Notes: generated by a model not told the origin, from the letters alone. A stretch of 63,207 nt of DNA, filler included, from Deltaproteobacteria bacterium (GCA_016218805.1; 6 parts of 6 records of this genome joined end to end with filler, not necessarily neighbours in it); one strand, 5' to 3'. Counted from the first letter of the whole stretch, positions 8,858-19,571 are shown. Numbers and translations: made by a program.

Positions 8858-11800
8858 ATGCATAAAAACGTGACAATTCTACCGTTGCTCACCCTGGCAT
8901 GCCTGGGAATCCTGGGTGGCTGCCCTGACGGCGTCCTTGGCGAAGGCTCCAGTGGCGCCAATCCCGGCGGGCAGGTTGGCGGGTCCAGCCAGGGCGGGCA
9001 GGTCAGCTCGGCCCGTCCGTCATCCTCGCGGGGCGGTGCAAGCAGCACGGCGTCATCAGGCGCCAGTGCGCCCGTGTCCAACAGCCGCGGCACGTCCGGG
9101 GACTCCGGCAGTTCCGTAGGCGGTCCAAGCAGCACAGCGTCATCTGGCAGCAGCGCGCCCGCGTCCAGCAGCCGCAGCACCTCCGGAACCAGCGCCGACG
9201 GCTCGCCGCCGGTGACCACGGCCGACCCGCCGCCCGGGACGTTTGCCGACCGGGTGGTGGTGACGTTGAGCTGTGCGGACCCGGGCGGTGCGGGGTGCGC
9301 CCATACGTTCGTGACGGCGGACGGCAGCGATCCGGGCGCAGACCAGACCCGGTACACTGGCCCGCTGGAACTCACCGAATCCACCACGCTGCGCTTGTTC
9401 TCCAACGACCTGCAGGGCAACCGGGAGGCCGTCCAATCCCTCCAATACACGGTGGATGCGGACCCGCCGCACGTGGTCTCCCACGCGCCGGCGGGCGGGA
9501 GCGCGGACCCGCGCACCGTGGCCAGCGTGGTGTTCAGTGAAGCCATTGACCCCGCCACGCTGGACCACACCAGTCTGATCATGGACGGCGTGACCGGCGC
9601 AGTCACCTACGACGCCAGTACCTTCACCGCCACCTTCACGCCGGCCCATCCCCTGTCATTTGGCACCACCTATGACGTGCTGGTCACCACGGCGGTGACG
9701 GACCGGTTTGGCCACCCCCTGGCCGAGGCGTACCACTTTGCGTTCACCACCACGGAGCCGCCGCCGCCGGAGTCCTTTTACCTGGACGGCGGGCTGTCCG
9801 CGGTCTCCAACCTGGCCGTTGAGGTGGGCGCCGGCGGAACCGCGGTGGCGTCGTGGTTGCGCACGCTGGACCGGCAGGTGCAGCTGGAAGCGGCGCTGTT
9901 CAACCCCGCCACCGGGGCCTGGGAGCCCACAGTGGTGGCGTACACCTGGGCGTACGGCAGCATGATGGAGGCTGGGCCGTGGGTGGTGGTGGCGGCGGTC
10001 AACACCCACGGGGCCATGATCCTGTGGGCGGAGTACATGTGCGGATTGGAGTACTACGGGTCCATAGGCGGGCGTTGCCGGATGGCCACGGCCACCGCGC
10101 ACCTGCCGCTGGTTGGCGAGCCCCAGGTCACGCACCATGACCAATGGCACGGTGACGCGATGGGGGGATTTGAGTGCACCGCCAGCCTGGCCTGGTATCC
10201 GCCGGCGGTGGCCGCCGCCGGGGATGACTTTGTCATTGTGTGGAACCGGGAGGGCAAGCTGAGCCCGGACGTGGTGGAGGACACGTTCGCCCGGGTATTC
10301 AGCGGCTCCGCCTGGGGCGCGGCCCACAGGCTGCCGGAGGCGTTTCTCCGCCCCCCGGCGGTGGTTGTCGAATCAGACGCGAGCTTTTCCGTGCTGGGCT
10401 ATGACGATTCCGGCGTGCCTTTGATGTACCGGCAAACCTACCGCGCTGGGACCTGGGAACCCCAATACACTCTGCGTTCCGTGCCCGCTGAAGCCACGCA
10501 GTGCCGGGGTGGCGTAGTTCCCGTCGTGTTCGCGCACGAGGGACTTGCGCCGCTGGTGTTGTACGGCGCTGCTCCGGCGTGGGGGAGCGGCCTGGCGCTG
10601 TGGCAGGGCGGCACGTTGGCTGATTTGCCCGCGCCGGGCGGCGGTCTTGCCACGGATGTATTGGCCCTGGCCGCAGCCGGGACGTGGAACCTGGTGTGGT
10701 CCAGCACGGAGTGGGATCCGGCAAACAGGGTGTGGGTGCGTGAACTGCGGGCCGCGGCGCTGGATGGCACTGCATGGCGGGAGGCCACCGTCGCCTCCGG
10801 TGCGGCGTGCGGCAGCGCCTCGTGTTACCCGTGGGTCGCCTCGGGCAGCAGCACCGGGCTGTCCGTTGGATGGTTGCGCGAGTCAAATCCATCGTCGCTG
10901 AGCCTGGGGCTGTCCCACCTCCAGGGCACGCAGTGGTCGGCCATGACCAACCTGCAGTGGTACCGGAACCCCGCGTTGACCCTGGACGCCACCCGCCTGC
11001 CGGTCCTGGACGTGCAGCGCGGGGGTGATTTGGTGGGCGTGCGCATCAGCACGCCGCTGTTGGGCGGCCAATCCAATGAGATGGCTCGGCTGGTCAGCGC
11101 CGCGGCACCGGGCGAAGCCACGCTCTCCCGCGTCACCGGCATGGCGGCGACCGCCGCAGGTGTGCTGGTGGCCACCCGGTCGGCGGATGCAACCGACTAC
11201 CGGGTTTCCGAATGGACCAGCGTGGCGGTGACACCTTCGCCCGCGTGGCAAGTCAACGTCCCCGGCCCGGCCTGGGCGTCAAGCCTGCCGCCCGCCCTGG
11301 CGCTGGCCGGGGGCGGGGGTGGTTTTGCGGGAATTGCCGCGTCGGATGTTCCGCTGGTGCGCTTGGCGCCCGCCGTCGTGGAAACCCGGGCAAATGCCGC
11401 GCCGCTTGGCGCAACGGCCATGGGCGGCGCGGTGGTGGGCCGGGATGGCTCCCTGCTGGTGACGCTGCAAGCCGGTCCCACGCAGATTGCGGGCGTGATG
11501 GACGCGGCCGGCTGGCACGTCCTTGGGCGGTTTGACGCCGCTGGCAGGCTGGCGGCCGCGCCCCTGGGCCAGGGGTTCTGCTTGGGTTACACGGCGCCCA
11601 ACGGTGCGGGGCAGGTGTGGCCGGTGCAGGCCGGGCAGCTGGGGACGGTGCGCCATTTTGCCAGCACCTCACACTTCCAGGCCCTGGCCGAAGGCTGCGC
11701 CCTCAGCCAGGTGGATGGATTTGGTGCCAATGGACTGGAGGCGCGGATTGACCTGCTGGGCGAAGGCGGCTGGCAGGCGCTGCCGTGGTTGTCGTCGGCG

Positions 11801-12850
11801 CGGGCGGTGGACGCGGGCCCGGAGGCGTGGGTGTTCAACGCCAGCGGGACGGTGTTTGTCCATGTCATGGTTGGCCACCACTACAGGCCCGCGTTCTTCC
11901 GCCTTGCCCCCACCGGCTGGCAGGAGGAATCGCTCTCGGGTGCGGCGTACTACGTGGGGCCCGTGGATTCGCCGCATGCGCACGTGGTGGTTGGGCATGA
12001 CGGGCAAGGCCGCCTTACGGACCTGGTGGTGTTCAAGGACGGGGTGATGACCCGGTCCGAATCCGCCCTGGCGGTGGAACCCACTGACCCGCTCAATACG
12101 TTCTGGGGGGAAGCCGTGGTGCCCGGCCCGCACGGCACGCTGGTCATTCGCATGGGAACCCAGGTGCCGGCGCCCCCGGGACCGTACGAAGCGGTGCTGG
12201 AACTGAGGGTGCTGCGGGACGGTCAAACGCCGGTGTTCACCCGTATCCCCGAGGGGACCACGTCGGACGTCACGGCCGTGGCCGCGGCCTGGGGTTTTGC
12301 CCTGGGCGTCCGCACCTTTCCGGCGACGGGCCTGCTTGGCGTTGCCTACCGCCCCACAAGCGGCTGGACCGAGCCAGTGCCGCTGCTGGCGGAAGGACGG
12401 TCCCGCGGCGAAGGCCGGATGGAACTGGTGGCCGACGACCGTGGCGCGGCCCTGAAGTTCTCAACATTGAACCCGGCCCTGAGCCCGGCGGACCCCCTGT
12501 GGTTCAGCGTCTCTGTGGCGCGTTACGTGGACAATTGGGTGGTGACCCACGACGTGGCGCCGGTTCTCTGGGATGACTGGCACCAGGACCGGGCAAGCTT
12601 TGGACTGGTAGCGGGCGGAGCCCAAACGGCGTTGCACGTGATTGAGGACGTGGGAGGCGTGCGGACGCTGGGTGTGCGCCTGCTGACGGACACCGGGTTG
12701 GGGCCGGTTGAACGGATCCCGCACCCGCCCAATCAGCCGGGCGTGGCCAGCGCGCGCTTCAGTGCGGTGGGCGGCCAGATCACCGGCGTCTGGCTCCAAC
12801 CGTCCCCTGACGACCCGGCACGGAACCGGCTGTGGCGGCAAGCGTTCTGA
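8858..12850 (+). CDS. large surface lipoprotein: Ser-rich linker, chitobiase/Fn3-associated-like domain, SbsA/Big_5 Ig-like domain, long beta-rich repeat region
   Basis: Lipobox LGGC; TADGSDP...YTGPLEL; VFSEAIDPAT...TFTPAHPL. Confidence 0.8.
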   Translation: MHKNVTILPLLTLACLGILGGCPDGVLGEGSSGANPGGQVGGSSQGGQVSSARPSSSRGGASSTASSGASAPVSNSRGTSGDSGSSVGGPSSTASSGSSAPASSSRSTSGTSADGSPPVTTADPPPGTFADRVVVTLSCADPGGAGCAHTFVTADGSDPGADQTRYTGPLELTESTTLRLFSNDLQGNREAVQSLQYTVDADPPHVVSHAPAGGSADPRTVASVVFSEAIDPATLDHTSLIMDGVTGAVTYDASTFTATFTPAHPLSFGTTYDVLVTTAVTDRFGHPLAEAYHFAFTTTEPPPPESFYLDGGLSAVSNLAVEVGAGGTAVASWLRTLDRQVQLEAALFNPATGAWEPTVVAYTWAYGSMMEAGPWVVVAAVNTHGAMILWAEYMCGLEYYGSIGGRCRMATATAHLPLVGEPQVTHHDQWHGDAMGGFECTASLAWYPPAVAAAGDDFVIVWNREGKLSPDVVEDTFARVFSGSAWGAAHRLPEAFLRPPAVVVESDASFSVLGYDDSGVPLMYRQTYRAGTWEPQYTLRSVPAEATQCRGGVVPVVFAHEGLAPLVLYGAAPAWGSGLALWQGGTLADLPAPGGGLATDVLALAAAGTWNLVWSSTEWDPANRVWVRELRAAALDGTAWREATVASGAACGSASCYPWVASGSSTGLSVGWLRESNPSSLSLGLSHLQGTQWSAMTNLQWYRNPALTLDATRLPVLDVQRGGDLVGVRISTPLLGGQSNEMARLVSAAAPGEATLSRVTGMAATAAGVLVATRSADATDYRVSEWTSVAVTPSPAWQVNVPGPAWASSLPPALALAGGGGGFAGIAASDVPLVRLAPAVVETRANAAPLGATAMGGAVVGRDGSLLVTLQAGPTQIAGVMDAAGWHVLGRFDAAGRLAAAPLGQGFCLGYTAPNGAGQVWPVQAGQLGTVRHFASTSHFQALAEGCALSQVDGFGANGLEARIDLLGEGGWQALPWLSSARAVDAGPEAWVFNASGTVFVHVMVGHHYRPAFFRLAPTGWQEESLSGAAYYVGPVDSPHAHVVVGHDGQGRLTDLVVFKDGVMTRSESALAVEPTDPLNTFWGEAVVPGPHGTLVIRMGTQVPAPPGPYEAVLELRVLRDGQTPVFTRIPEGTTSDVTAVAAAWGFALGVRTFPATGLLGVAYRPTSGWTEPVPLLAEGRSRGEGRMELVADDRGAALKFSTLNPALSPADPLWFSVSVARYVDNWVVTHDVAPVLWDDWHQDRASFGLVAGGAQTALHVIEDVGGVRTLGVRLLTDTGLGPVERIPHPPNQPGVASARFSAVGGQITGVWLQPSPDDPARNRLWRQAF
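9039..9187 (+). repeat. imperfect ~62-bp direct duplication in the Ser-rich linker
   Basis: SSTASSGASAPVSNSRGTSG versus SSTASSGSSAPASSSRSTSG. Confidence 0.8.
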
Positions 12851-12883
12851 CCTCCAGGCGCGCCTGGGCGTACGCCATCCGGC

Positions 12884-13622
12884 TCAGAGCACGCCGGCGC
12901 AGGTCTCCCGGCGGGCGATCTCAAACGAAGCGGCGCCTTGGCCACCGGGTTTGGCCCGTCCCTCCATGCACGGCGCCAGTACCCCCACCGGTAACTCAAA
13001 TGGGAACCCCTCTACCACCATTCGCCTCAGCTCCCTGGCAAACCCGGCTGACGTCTCGCTTTGGATCAGGGTGAGCAGCATGTCCGTGTTCACCCGCTCC
13101 CCCGTGCGCCCCCGCGCAACCAGTGCCCGCATCAGGTGGTCAAGGTTCCGCTGCCCAGCCGAGGCTCGCCGCACCTCCGAATCCACCCACAGAGCCAACA
13201 GGGCCCCGCGCTGATAGGGCAGCTGGTTCATCTCCGCGGAAGTCCAGAAGTCACGCGCAAGCTCGGCGTTGGAGGCGTTGCGCACCGGGGAGCGGAGATG
13301 GTCAGCAAGTTGCTCATTGAGGCTCGCCAGGTAGCCTTCAAGCGGCAGCAATTGGCCGCGGACCAACAACCGTCGGGCGTAGAAAATCGGTGAAACCTCC
13401 GGAGAACCAGAGGCACTCGTTGGCGGGTGGGGCGCGCCGGATGATCCCCCCGTTCCGGGTATGAAAGAGCTCGTGGGCAAGCAGCCAGCGGACCTTCTCC
13501 CCCAGCGCGCCGTCAAGCGTCATGGCGGGGGGTGAGAAAGGCAGCAAAAGAGTGCGTCAGGCCGGTGCCGTAGGTCCCGTGGGCGCCGGCCTTCCGGGGA
13601 CCAACCGGGACCAGCGAAATCT
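12884..13622 (-). pseudogene. M61-like metallopeptidase remnant, IS-truncated and frameshifted
   Basis: HELFH zinc motif, WFSGGFTDF and PYQRGALLA are spread across three frames; the 5' end is cut by the IS at 13623. Confidence 0.8.
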
Positions 13623-13759
13623 GGCTCTCCTGACCCCAAAGTGGGTCCCGGAGGGGTAGGATGACCTGCATCCGTTCCTGTGCCAGTGTGGTGTTTGTCG
13701 ACGACAACACAGAAGCGAGGAACGAATGCAGAAGCGCAGCATATGGCTGAAGGTATTGG
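13623..13759 (+). mobile_element. ISL3-like IS left end, copy 2 (transposase ATG at 13726)
   Basis: Begins GGCTCTCCTGACCCCAAAGTGGG; internal hairpin GTGTTTGTCG/CGACAACAC; GAGG RBS. Confidence 0.85.
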
Positions 13760-13859
13760 NNNNNNNNNNNNNNNNNNNNNNNNNNNNNNNNNNNNNNNNN
13801 NNNTTAATTAATTAANNNNNNNNNNNNNNNNNNNNNNNNNNNNNNNNNNNNNNNNNNNN
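13760..13859. other. contig-join spacer
   Basis: N-run with TTAATTAATTAA. Confidence 0.99.
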
Positions 13860-13998
13860 AACATTGTCAAGACCGATCCCAGCCGCACCCTGGGCGTCCC
13901 CAACACCCGCAAGCGTGCGGGCGGTGACCGCAAGTACTTGATTCACCTCATGACTGGAGCCCTCATCATGTAAGGCCTGTCAGAATGCGACCGCCCTG
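13860..13998 (+). mobile_element. ISAs1-family IS right end (transposase C-terminus 13860-13973 plus IRR)
   Basis: NIVKTDPSRTLGVPNTRKRAGGDRKYLIHLM* resembles the ISAs1 C-terminus; terminus TGCGACCGCCCTG (CAGGGC on the other strand). Confidence 0.8.
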
Positions 13999-14929
13999 CA
14001 TGGCGCTGGGGCTGGTGCTGCTGCGCCCGCTGGTTCCGTTCCTGGAGGGCTTCTCCACGCTGGCGGTGCTGGGCGCCGGGCTGGCCTGGGGGGCCATCTC
14101 GCTTTCCAAGTCGCCCGCCGCGGTGCTGGGCCTGGTCACGGAGACCCGGTCGCGGGGGCCGTTGACAGAGTATTCGCTGGGCATGGTGGTGGTGTTTGAT
14201 GTGTTGGTGCTGTTGGTGTTCAGCGTGTGCCTGGCATTGGGCGGGTCACTGATGGACCCCGAACAGGCGCTGTCACTGGACCAACTCCGGGCCCTGGGGC
14301 ACGAGCTGCTTGCTTCCACCGCCGCGGGAACCACGCTGGGGCTGCTGGTGGCCGCCTGGCTGTGGGCCGTGCGGGGCGAGCGCCTGCTCTCCATTGTGGT
14401 GCTCTCCTACGCGGCCACCGCCTTCTGCCGCTACTTCCACTACGACACGCTGCTCGTGTTCATGCTGGCGGGTTTTGTCGTCCAGAACGTATCGCGGCAG
14501 GGACGTGCGCTGGTCCACACGGTGGAGCAGGTGTCCTCCGGGGTGATGGTGCTGTTCTTCGCCACCGCGGGCGCGTCCTTGGATGTGGACGCGCTGCGTG
14601 CCTCCTGGGTGGCTGCGTTGGCGCTGGTGGGGCTGCGCATGGGGCTGACCTGGGTCGGCTGCCAGCTGGGGCACCGGTGGGCGAAGGATCCCGCGCCCGT
14701 GCGCGCCTATGGGCACCTCGCGCTCATCCCGCAGGCGGGGGTCACCTTTGGTTTGTTGTCGGTCATGGCGGTGCAGTTGCCGGCACCGGTGGGCACCGGG
14801 CTGGCGGGGCTGGGGATTGCGTTGGTGGCCGTGAACCAGCTGCTGGGCCCGGTGCTGTTCAAGTGGGGTCTTGCCCGGGCGGGTGAGCTCGGGACCGCGC
14901 CGCCCCCCGCGGAACCCGCCGCCGAGTGA
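13999..14929 (+). pseudogene. 3' part of a cation:proton antiporter (CPA2-like), interrupted by ISAs1
   Basis: Many TM helices; KSPA...ETRSRGPLT, FFATAGASL and PQAGV; the N-terminal helices are missing. Confidence 0.75.
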
Positions 14930-14950
14930 GCTGCGGGAGCCGGCGCGGCC

Positions 14951-16498
14951 TCACCCCGGTTCGTCCGCGGCCGTGACCAGCCGGGCATCCAGGGCGCGCA
15001 GCAGTTCCTCCCCGGACTCCGCGCTGAGGCTACCGTCACGTACAAAGCCCAGCACGCGGTCCTTCTCAATCACCAGCAGCGCGCGCGCGGCCCACTGTTC
15101 CTCCTCGGCGCGCACCGCTTCGGCCGGGACGGCCAGCAGGCGCTGTTCGGCGTCATTGCGCCGCGCAACCCACTCCGCGCGGAGCTTCTCCGCCACGCCG
15201 GGATGGATGGCCCGGTCCGCGGCAAACCGCTCCAGCGCCTCCAGCGCTGCCGCGGCGGCCCGTGCGACGGCGCGGAGGCGTTCGTAATCATGGTGGTGGG
15301 CTGCGTGGACCAGGCCCAGGCGGCGCAGCACGGCTCCCATGGTGAGCCCCTGCTGCAGGATGGACAGCAGCACCACGCCGAACGTGATGGTCACCAGCAA
15401 CTCCCGGTGCGGGAACGCGGCCGGGAGGCCCAACACCAGCACCATGGACAGACCGCCGCGCAGCCCGCCCCAGATGAGCACCGTGTTCCATGGCCGCGGG
15501 ATGGCTTCGCGGGTGCGGCCCAGCGCGGCGCCCACCAGCCAGACCACGCCCGCGCGCCCCACGGTGACGGCGGCGTAGGCGGCCAGGATGGGCTGCCAGG
15601 CGGCCACCAGCTTGTCCGGGTCCACCTCAAAACCAATGAGCAGGAACACCACCGAGTTCAGCGCGAACGCCACGTATTCCCAGAACGTCTCCACCGCGAT
15701 GCGCGTGGACGGGCTCATGCCGGTGCGGGCCGCGTAGTTGCCGCACAGCATCCCGGCGGCGACGGTGGCAATGACGCCGGAGTAGTGGAAGCTCTCCGCA
15801 AGCACGAAGCTCCCGTACGCCGCCAGCGTGGTCAGCGTGATTTCTATCATGGGGTCGTCCACCTGCTGGATGACCTTGGAGACCGCGTAACCCACGCCCA
15901 GGCCAACGAGCGCGCCCACGCCCACCACGCGGCAGAACTCCATCACGGCGCCGGTTACCGTGCCGCCGCCGCCCGCGGCGAACGCGAGCACGATGGTGAA
16001 CAGCACCACCGCGGTGCCGTCGTTGAGGAGGCTTTCGCCCTCCATGAGCGTGACCAGGCGGCGCGGCGCGCCCAGCGTCTTGAACAGGCCCACCACCGCA
16101 ATGGGGTCCGTGGCGCTGATGAGCGCGGCAAACACCAGCCCGTCCACCAGCCGGAAGCCCTCCACAAAATGCAGCGCGTCCGCGACGGGCGTGAGCAGTG
16201 CCGCCGTCAGCCCCACGGCCACCAGCACGCCCGGGACGGCCAGCGCGTGGATGGCGCCCTTGTTCTGCCAGAACGCGCGGAAGTCCAGGTGGAAGGCGGC
16301 TTCAAACACCAGGCCGGGGAGGATGACGCCGTAAAGGAGGTCCTTGGTGAGCGCGGGAGGCTGAATGGTGTCCACACCGCCCAGCAGCAATCCGGCCACC
16401 ACCAGTGCAATGGTGTAGGGCGCCTTGAACCAGCGCGTGACCAACGCCACCGCCTTGGCCACGGTGAACAGCATGAGGAAGGCGACTTCGATGTGCAT
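14951..16498 (-). CDS. Na+/H+ antiporter, CPA1 (NhaP/NhaG) family
   Basis: ATDPIAV, EGESLLNDG and GLRGGLS motifs. Confidence 0.92.
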   Translation of the reverse strand: MHIEVAFLMLFTVAKAVALVTRWFKAPYTIALVVAGLLLGGVDTIQPPALTKDLLYGVILPGLVFEAAFHLDFRAFWQNKGAIHALAVPGVLVAVGLTAALLTPVADALHFVEGFRLVDGLVFAALISATDPIAVVGLFKTLGAPRRLVTLMEGESLLNDGTAVVLFTIVLAFAAGGGGTVTGAVMEFCRVVGVGALVGLGVGYAVSKVIQQVDDPMIEITLTTLAAYGSFVLAESFHYSGVIATVAAGMLCGNYAARTGMSPSTRIAVETFWEYVAFALNSVVFLLIGFEVDPDKLVAAWQPILAAYAAVTVGRAGVVWLVGAALGRTREAIPRPWNTVLIWGGLRGGLSMVLVLGLPAAFPHRELLVTITFGVVLLSILQQGLTMGAVLRRLGLVHAAHHHDYERLRAVARAAAAALEALERFAADRAIHPGVAEKLRAEWVARRNDAEQRLLAVPAEAVRAEEEQWAARALLVIEKDRVLGFVRDGSLSAESGEELLRALDARLVTAADEPG

Positions 16499-16524
16499 GG
16501 GGGGCCTCCGCGATGGGATGGGAT

Positions 16525-17052
16525 TCACTGACCCGCGCGTGTGGCGGGCGGTTCCACGACGAGCAGCGAGCACTCCAGTTGCCCGGCAACCCGCTGGGGC
16601 ACGCCGCCCAACAGGGCGCGCAGCACGCCCCGCCCACGGGTCCGGCCGATCACCACCAGGGCCGCGTGCTGGTCGCGCGCCACGCGCGCCACCTGGTCCG
16701 CCACGCTGCCGGTCTGGACCAGCACGGTGAAGCGGCGGCCAGTGCGGTGGGTGCTGCGCCGCACCAGGGCCCGCAGGTCACCCAGCAGGCGGACCGCCGC
16801 GCCCTGGAACACGCCGAGCGCGCACGACGGCCCCTCCAGCATGGGAAGCGGGGCCACGACGGGCGACACCACGTGCATGACCAGCAGGTGTGCCCGCCGG
16901 CGCACCGCCTCCACGTGTGCTGTGCGCAGCACGAGCACCGCGGCGGGGTCCAGGTCCACCGCCGCCAGCACCACGGGCCGAGAGGGGAGACGGCGGCGGC
17001 TCACGTGGGCGCTGGTGTTGGGGAGAGCCACGCGGGACGGCGCAGAGGCCAC
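16525..17052 (-). CDS. universal stress protein
   Basis: VLAAVD ... LVVIG ... LLGGVPQRV ... CSLLVV. Confidence 0.8.
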   Translation of the reverse strand: MASAPSRVALPNTSAHVSRRRLPSRPVVLAAVDLDPAAVLVLRTAHVEAVRRRAHLLVMHVVSPVVAPLPMLEGPSCALGVFQGAAVRLLGDLRALVRRSTHRTGRRFTVLVQTGSVADQVARVARDQHAALVVIGRTRGRGVLRALLGGVPQRVAGQLECSLLVVEPPATRAGQ

Positions 17053-17059
17053 GGTGCGC

Positions 17060-17437
17060 TCAGCGGTGGAGCAGCGCGCCCAGCGCGTGTGACCCCAGCC
17101 ACAGGACCACGGTGACCACGGCGAGCACCCGCACGTAGCCCCACCAGTCCTTCAGGGTGGCGGGTTCGCCCCGCGCAGTGGTGCCGTGGAAGTATGCAAT
17201 GTCCGCGTAGCGCACAAACGCCAGCCCGCCCGCCGCCAGCACAAAGCTGAGGTCAGCCAGGGAGTAGCGCGTTCCCGCGGGCGCCAGGAAGACGGCGGCG
17301 GCGGCCCCGGCCAGCGCCAGGTTCCCAAGGAACATCCAGATGATGCGCAGCAGGCAGCCGGCCAGCGGCGTGCTGGAGGCGCTCGGCGCGGTGGACGGTG
17401 TGGGCGCGGGTGTTTCGGATGGCTTGCGGCGGGCCAT
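17060..17437 (-). CDS. small membrane protein
   Basis: Three hydrophobic segments; co-oriented with its neighbours. Confidence 0.65.
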   Translation of the reverse strand: MARRKPSETPAPTPSTAPSASSTPLAGCLLRIIWMFLGNLALAGAAAAVFLAPAGTRYSLADLSFVLAAGGLAFVRYADIAYFHGTTARGEPATLKDWWGYVRVLAVVTVVLWLGSHALGALLHR

Positions 17438-17592
17438 GCGGGTGCTCCGGGCGGCACGGCTGCGCGTGCCAGTTTCCGGAGGCGGCCCGACCGTCCGTGT
17501 TGCGCCTGTGGTGGCGGCTGCCCCCACACCCTTTTTGTAACAGACCCGCTAGCAGCGCCGCGGCGGTGGGCGCAAACCGGCGCGCCCGGTTC

Positions 17593-19410
17593 TCAGCGCG
17601 CCTGCACTGCCGGAAACTCGCCGGTGGGCGGGCGGGAGCCACGGGACGCCAGCGCCTTCACAATATCTCCCTCCGTCAAGCACCCGACCAGCCGGTGGGG
17701 GTCTTCCCCCGCGACGACGGGAATGGCGTTGAGTTTGGAGGTCATCAGCCGTTTCAGGCCGGTCTCCAGCGTGTCCCCATCCACCACCGTCACCAGGTGC
17801 GTGCGCATGATGTCCCCGGCGACGACCAGCGGCAGCACGCTGGCATCCTCCAGATGGTGCCGCACATCAGCCATGGCCACCAACCCCACCAACCGCCCCT
17901 CCACGGAAACAACCGGAAACACCGCGTGACCGGTCTGGTTGGCCACGTGCATCACCTCAGCCAGCGGCGTGGCGGGAGCCAGGGTCACCGGGTTGCGCGT
18001 CATGGCCTGGGACACCAGCACGCCGCGCATCTCCGGCCGGGAATCCAGGATGGCGTCCTTGAACCACGCGGCAAAGACGCGCCGCTGGCGGTGGTAGAAC
18101 GACACCGGGTCCACCACGTGCGCCGCCAGCGCACCGGAGATGGCGGCCAGCATCAGCGGGAAGATGGCGGCGTGCCGGTCTGTCATCTCCACCACCAGGA
18201 CAAACGCCGTGAACGGCGCGCGGGTCACGCCCGCGAGAAACGCAACCATGCCCAGCAGGATCATCAGGTTGGCATTGCCGGAAGTGAGCCAGCCCTCCAG
18301 CACCGAGCCCACCGAGGCGCCGAGCGCCAGCGACGGAGCGAACACGCCGCCCGCGCAGCCGGCCAGGTAGGAGACCACGGTGGTCACCCAGCGCGTGACC
18401 AGCAGCGCCGGCGTGGCGTGGCGTTCCGGTACGAACAGGAACTCCTTCACCAGTTCCACACCGCCACCCAACACGCCGGGTCCCTGCACCATGGCAACCA
18501 GGGCCACCACCACGCCGCAGGCGGCGGCAAACGTGGCGCGGCGGGCCAGCGGGAGGGCGCGCAGCCGGGCGGAGGCCAGGACCAGGACCTTCCCGAACAC
18601 GCCGCCGCCAAACCCCGCCACCACGCCGACGAGCACGGCGAAGCCGATGAACAGCGTGGGGCCCAGCTCGCCCACCGCCGGGTAGCCGAACAGCAGGTAG
18701 GGCCCCAGGAATGTCTGGGCGACCATGCCGGAGATGATCACGGCGGTGATGAGGTGCGTCTTGAACTTGTTGAACCCCTGGCTGGCCAGCTCCTCCACGG
18801 CAAACACAATGCCGCCCAGGGGCGTGTTGAACGCCGCGGCAATGCCGGCGGCGCCGCCGGTGACAATCCAGCCGTGGTGGTTGGGCGCGGGGATGAAGCG
18901 GCGGAACGCGCCGCCGACGGCGTGGAACAGGCTCGCGGCAATCTGGATCATCGGTCCTTCGCGCCCGATGGCGCCGCCGCCGAGTGCGCAGCACAGCGAG
19001 CTGAGGATCTTCACGACGAGCACCCGCCAACCCACCATCCGGTTGAACGCGGCGTCATTGGCCACCGGGTCCAGTTCCAGCAGGGTCATCACCTGGGGAA
19101 TGCCGCTGCCGGACGCCGCCGGCGCAAAGCGCTGCACCAGCCACCATCCCGCCAGGAAGCACACCGGGGAGACGGCCAGCAGCGCGTACGGGTGTGCCTG
19201 GAGCAGTGATTGCGCCGTGGCCACGGCGGCGCTGTACGCGTGGGCATAGAGCACAGCGATGAGGCCAGTGCCCGTGGCGGCCAGCCAGAACGGGGCGGCC
19301 TGGGTGAGACGGTGCGCCCGCAGGCGTGAGCCCATCCCCCGGAGGAAGTCCACCACGCGATCTTCGCGCGTGGCGTCCGTCCCCGGTGACGTGGACGGGG
19401 GTTCACTCAT
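17593..19410 (-). CDS. ClC chloride channel/Cl-:H+ antiporter with tandem CBS domains
   Basis: GSGIP, GREGP and GVFAP signatures; C-terminal CBS pair. Confidence 0.93.
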   Translation of the reverse strand: MSEPPSTSPGTDATREDRVVDFLRGMGSRLRAHRLTQAAPFWLAATGTGLIAVLYAHAYSAAVATAQSLLQAHPYALLAVSPVCFLAGWWLVQRFAPAASGSGIPQVMTLLELDPVANDAAFNRMVGWRVLVVKILSSLCCALGGGAIGREGPMIQIAASLFHAVGGAFRRFIPAPNHHGWIVTGGAAGIAAAFNTPLGGIVFAVEELASQGFNKFKTHLITAVIISGMVAQTFLGPYLLFGYPAVGELGPTLFIGFAVLVGVVAGFGGGVFGKVLVLASARLRALPLARRATFAAACGVVVALVAMVQGPGVLGGGVELVKEFLFVPERHATPALLVTRWVTTVVSYLAGCAGGVFAPSLALGASVGSVLEGWLTSGNANLMILLGMVAFLAGVTRAPFTAFVLVVEMTDRHAAIFPLMLAAISGALAAHVVDPVSFYHRQRRVFAAWFKDAILDSRPEMRGVLVSQAMTRNPVTLAPATPLAEVMHVANQTGHAVFPVVSVEGRLVGLVAMADVRHHLEDASVLPLVVAGDIMRTHLVTVVDGDTLETGLKRLMTSKLNAIPVVAGEDPHRLVGCLTEGDIVKALASRGSRPPTGEFPAVQAR

Positions 19411-19571
19411 GGCCGCGCGGCCCTTCGCGCCCTGTTTCCGTACGCCTTCTTCCACGGCCAGCGCATGCCCCACGCATACCACCTGCCGTGCCATGGGCAG
19501 CAGAAACCGCCGGCTTGATCCGCCGTGCGCCCATGAATATGGGTTCCCATATCGGGGACGGAGGCTGACGG

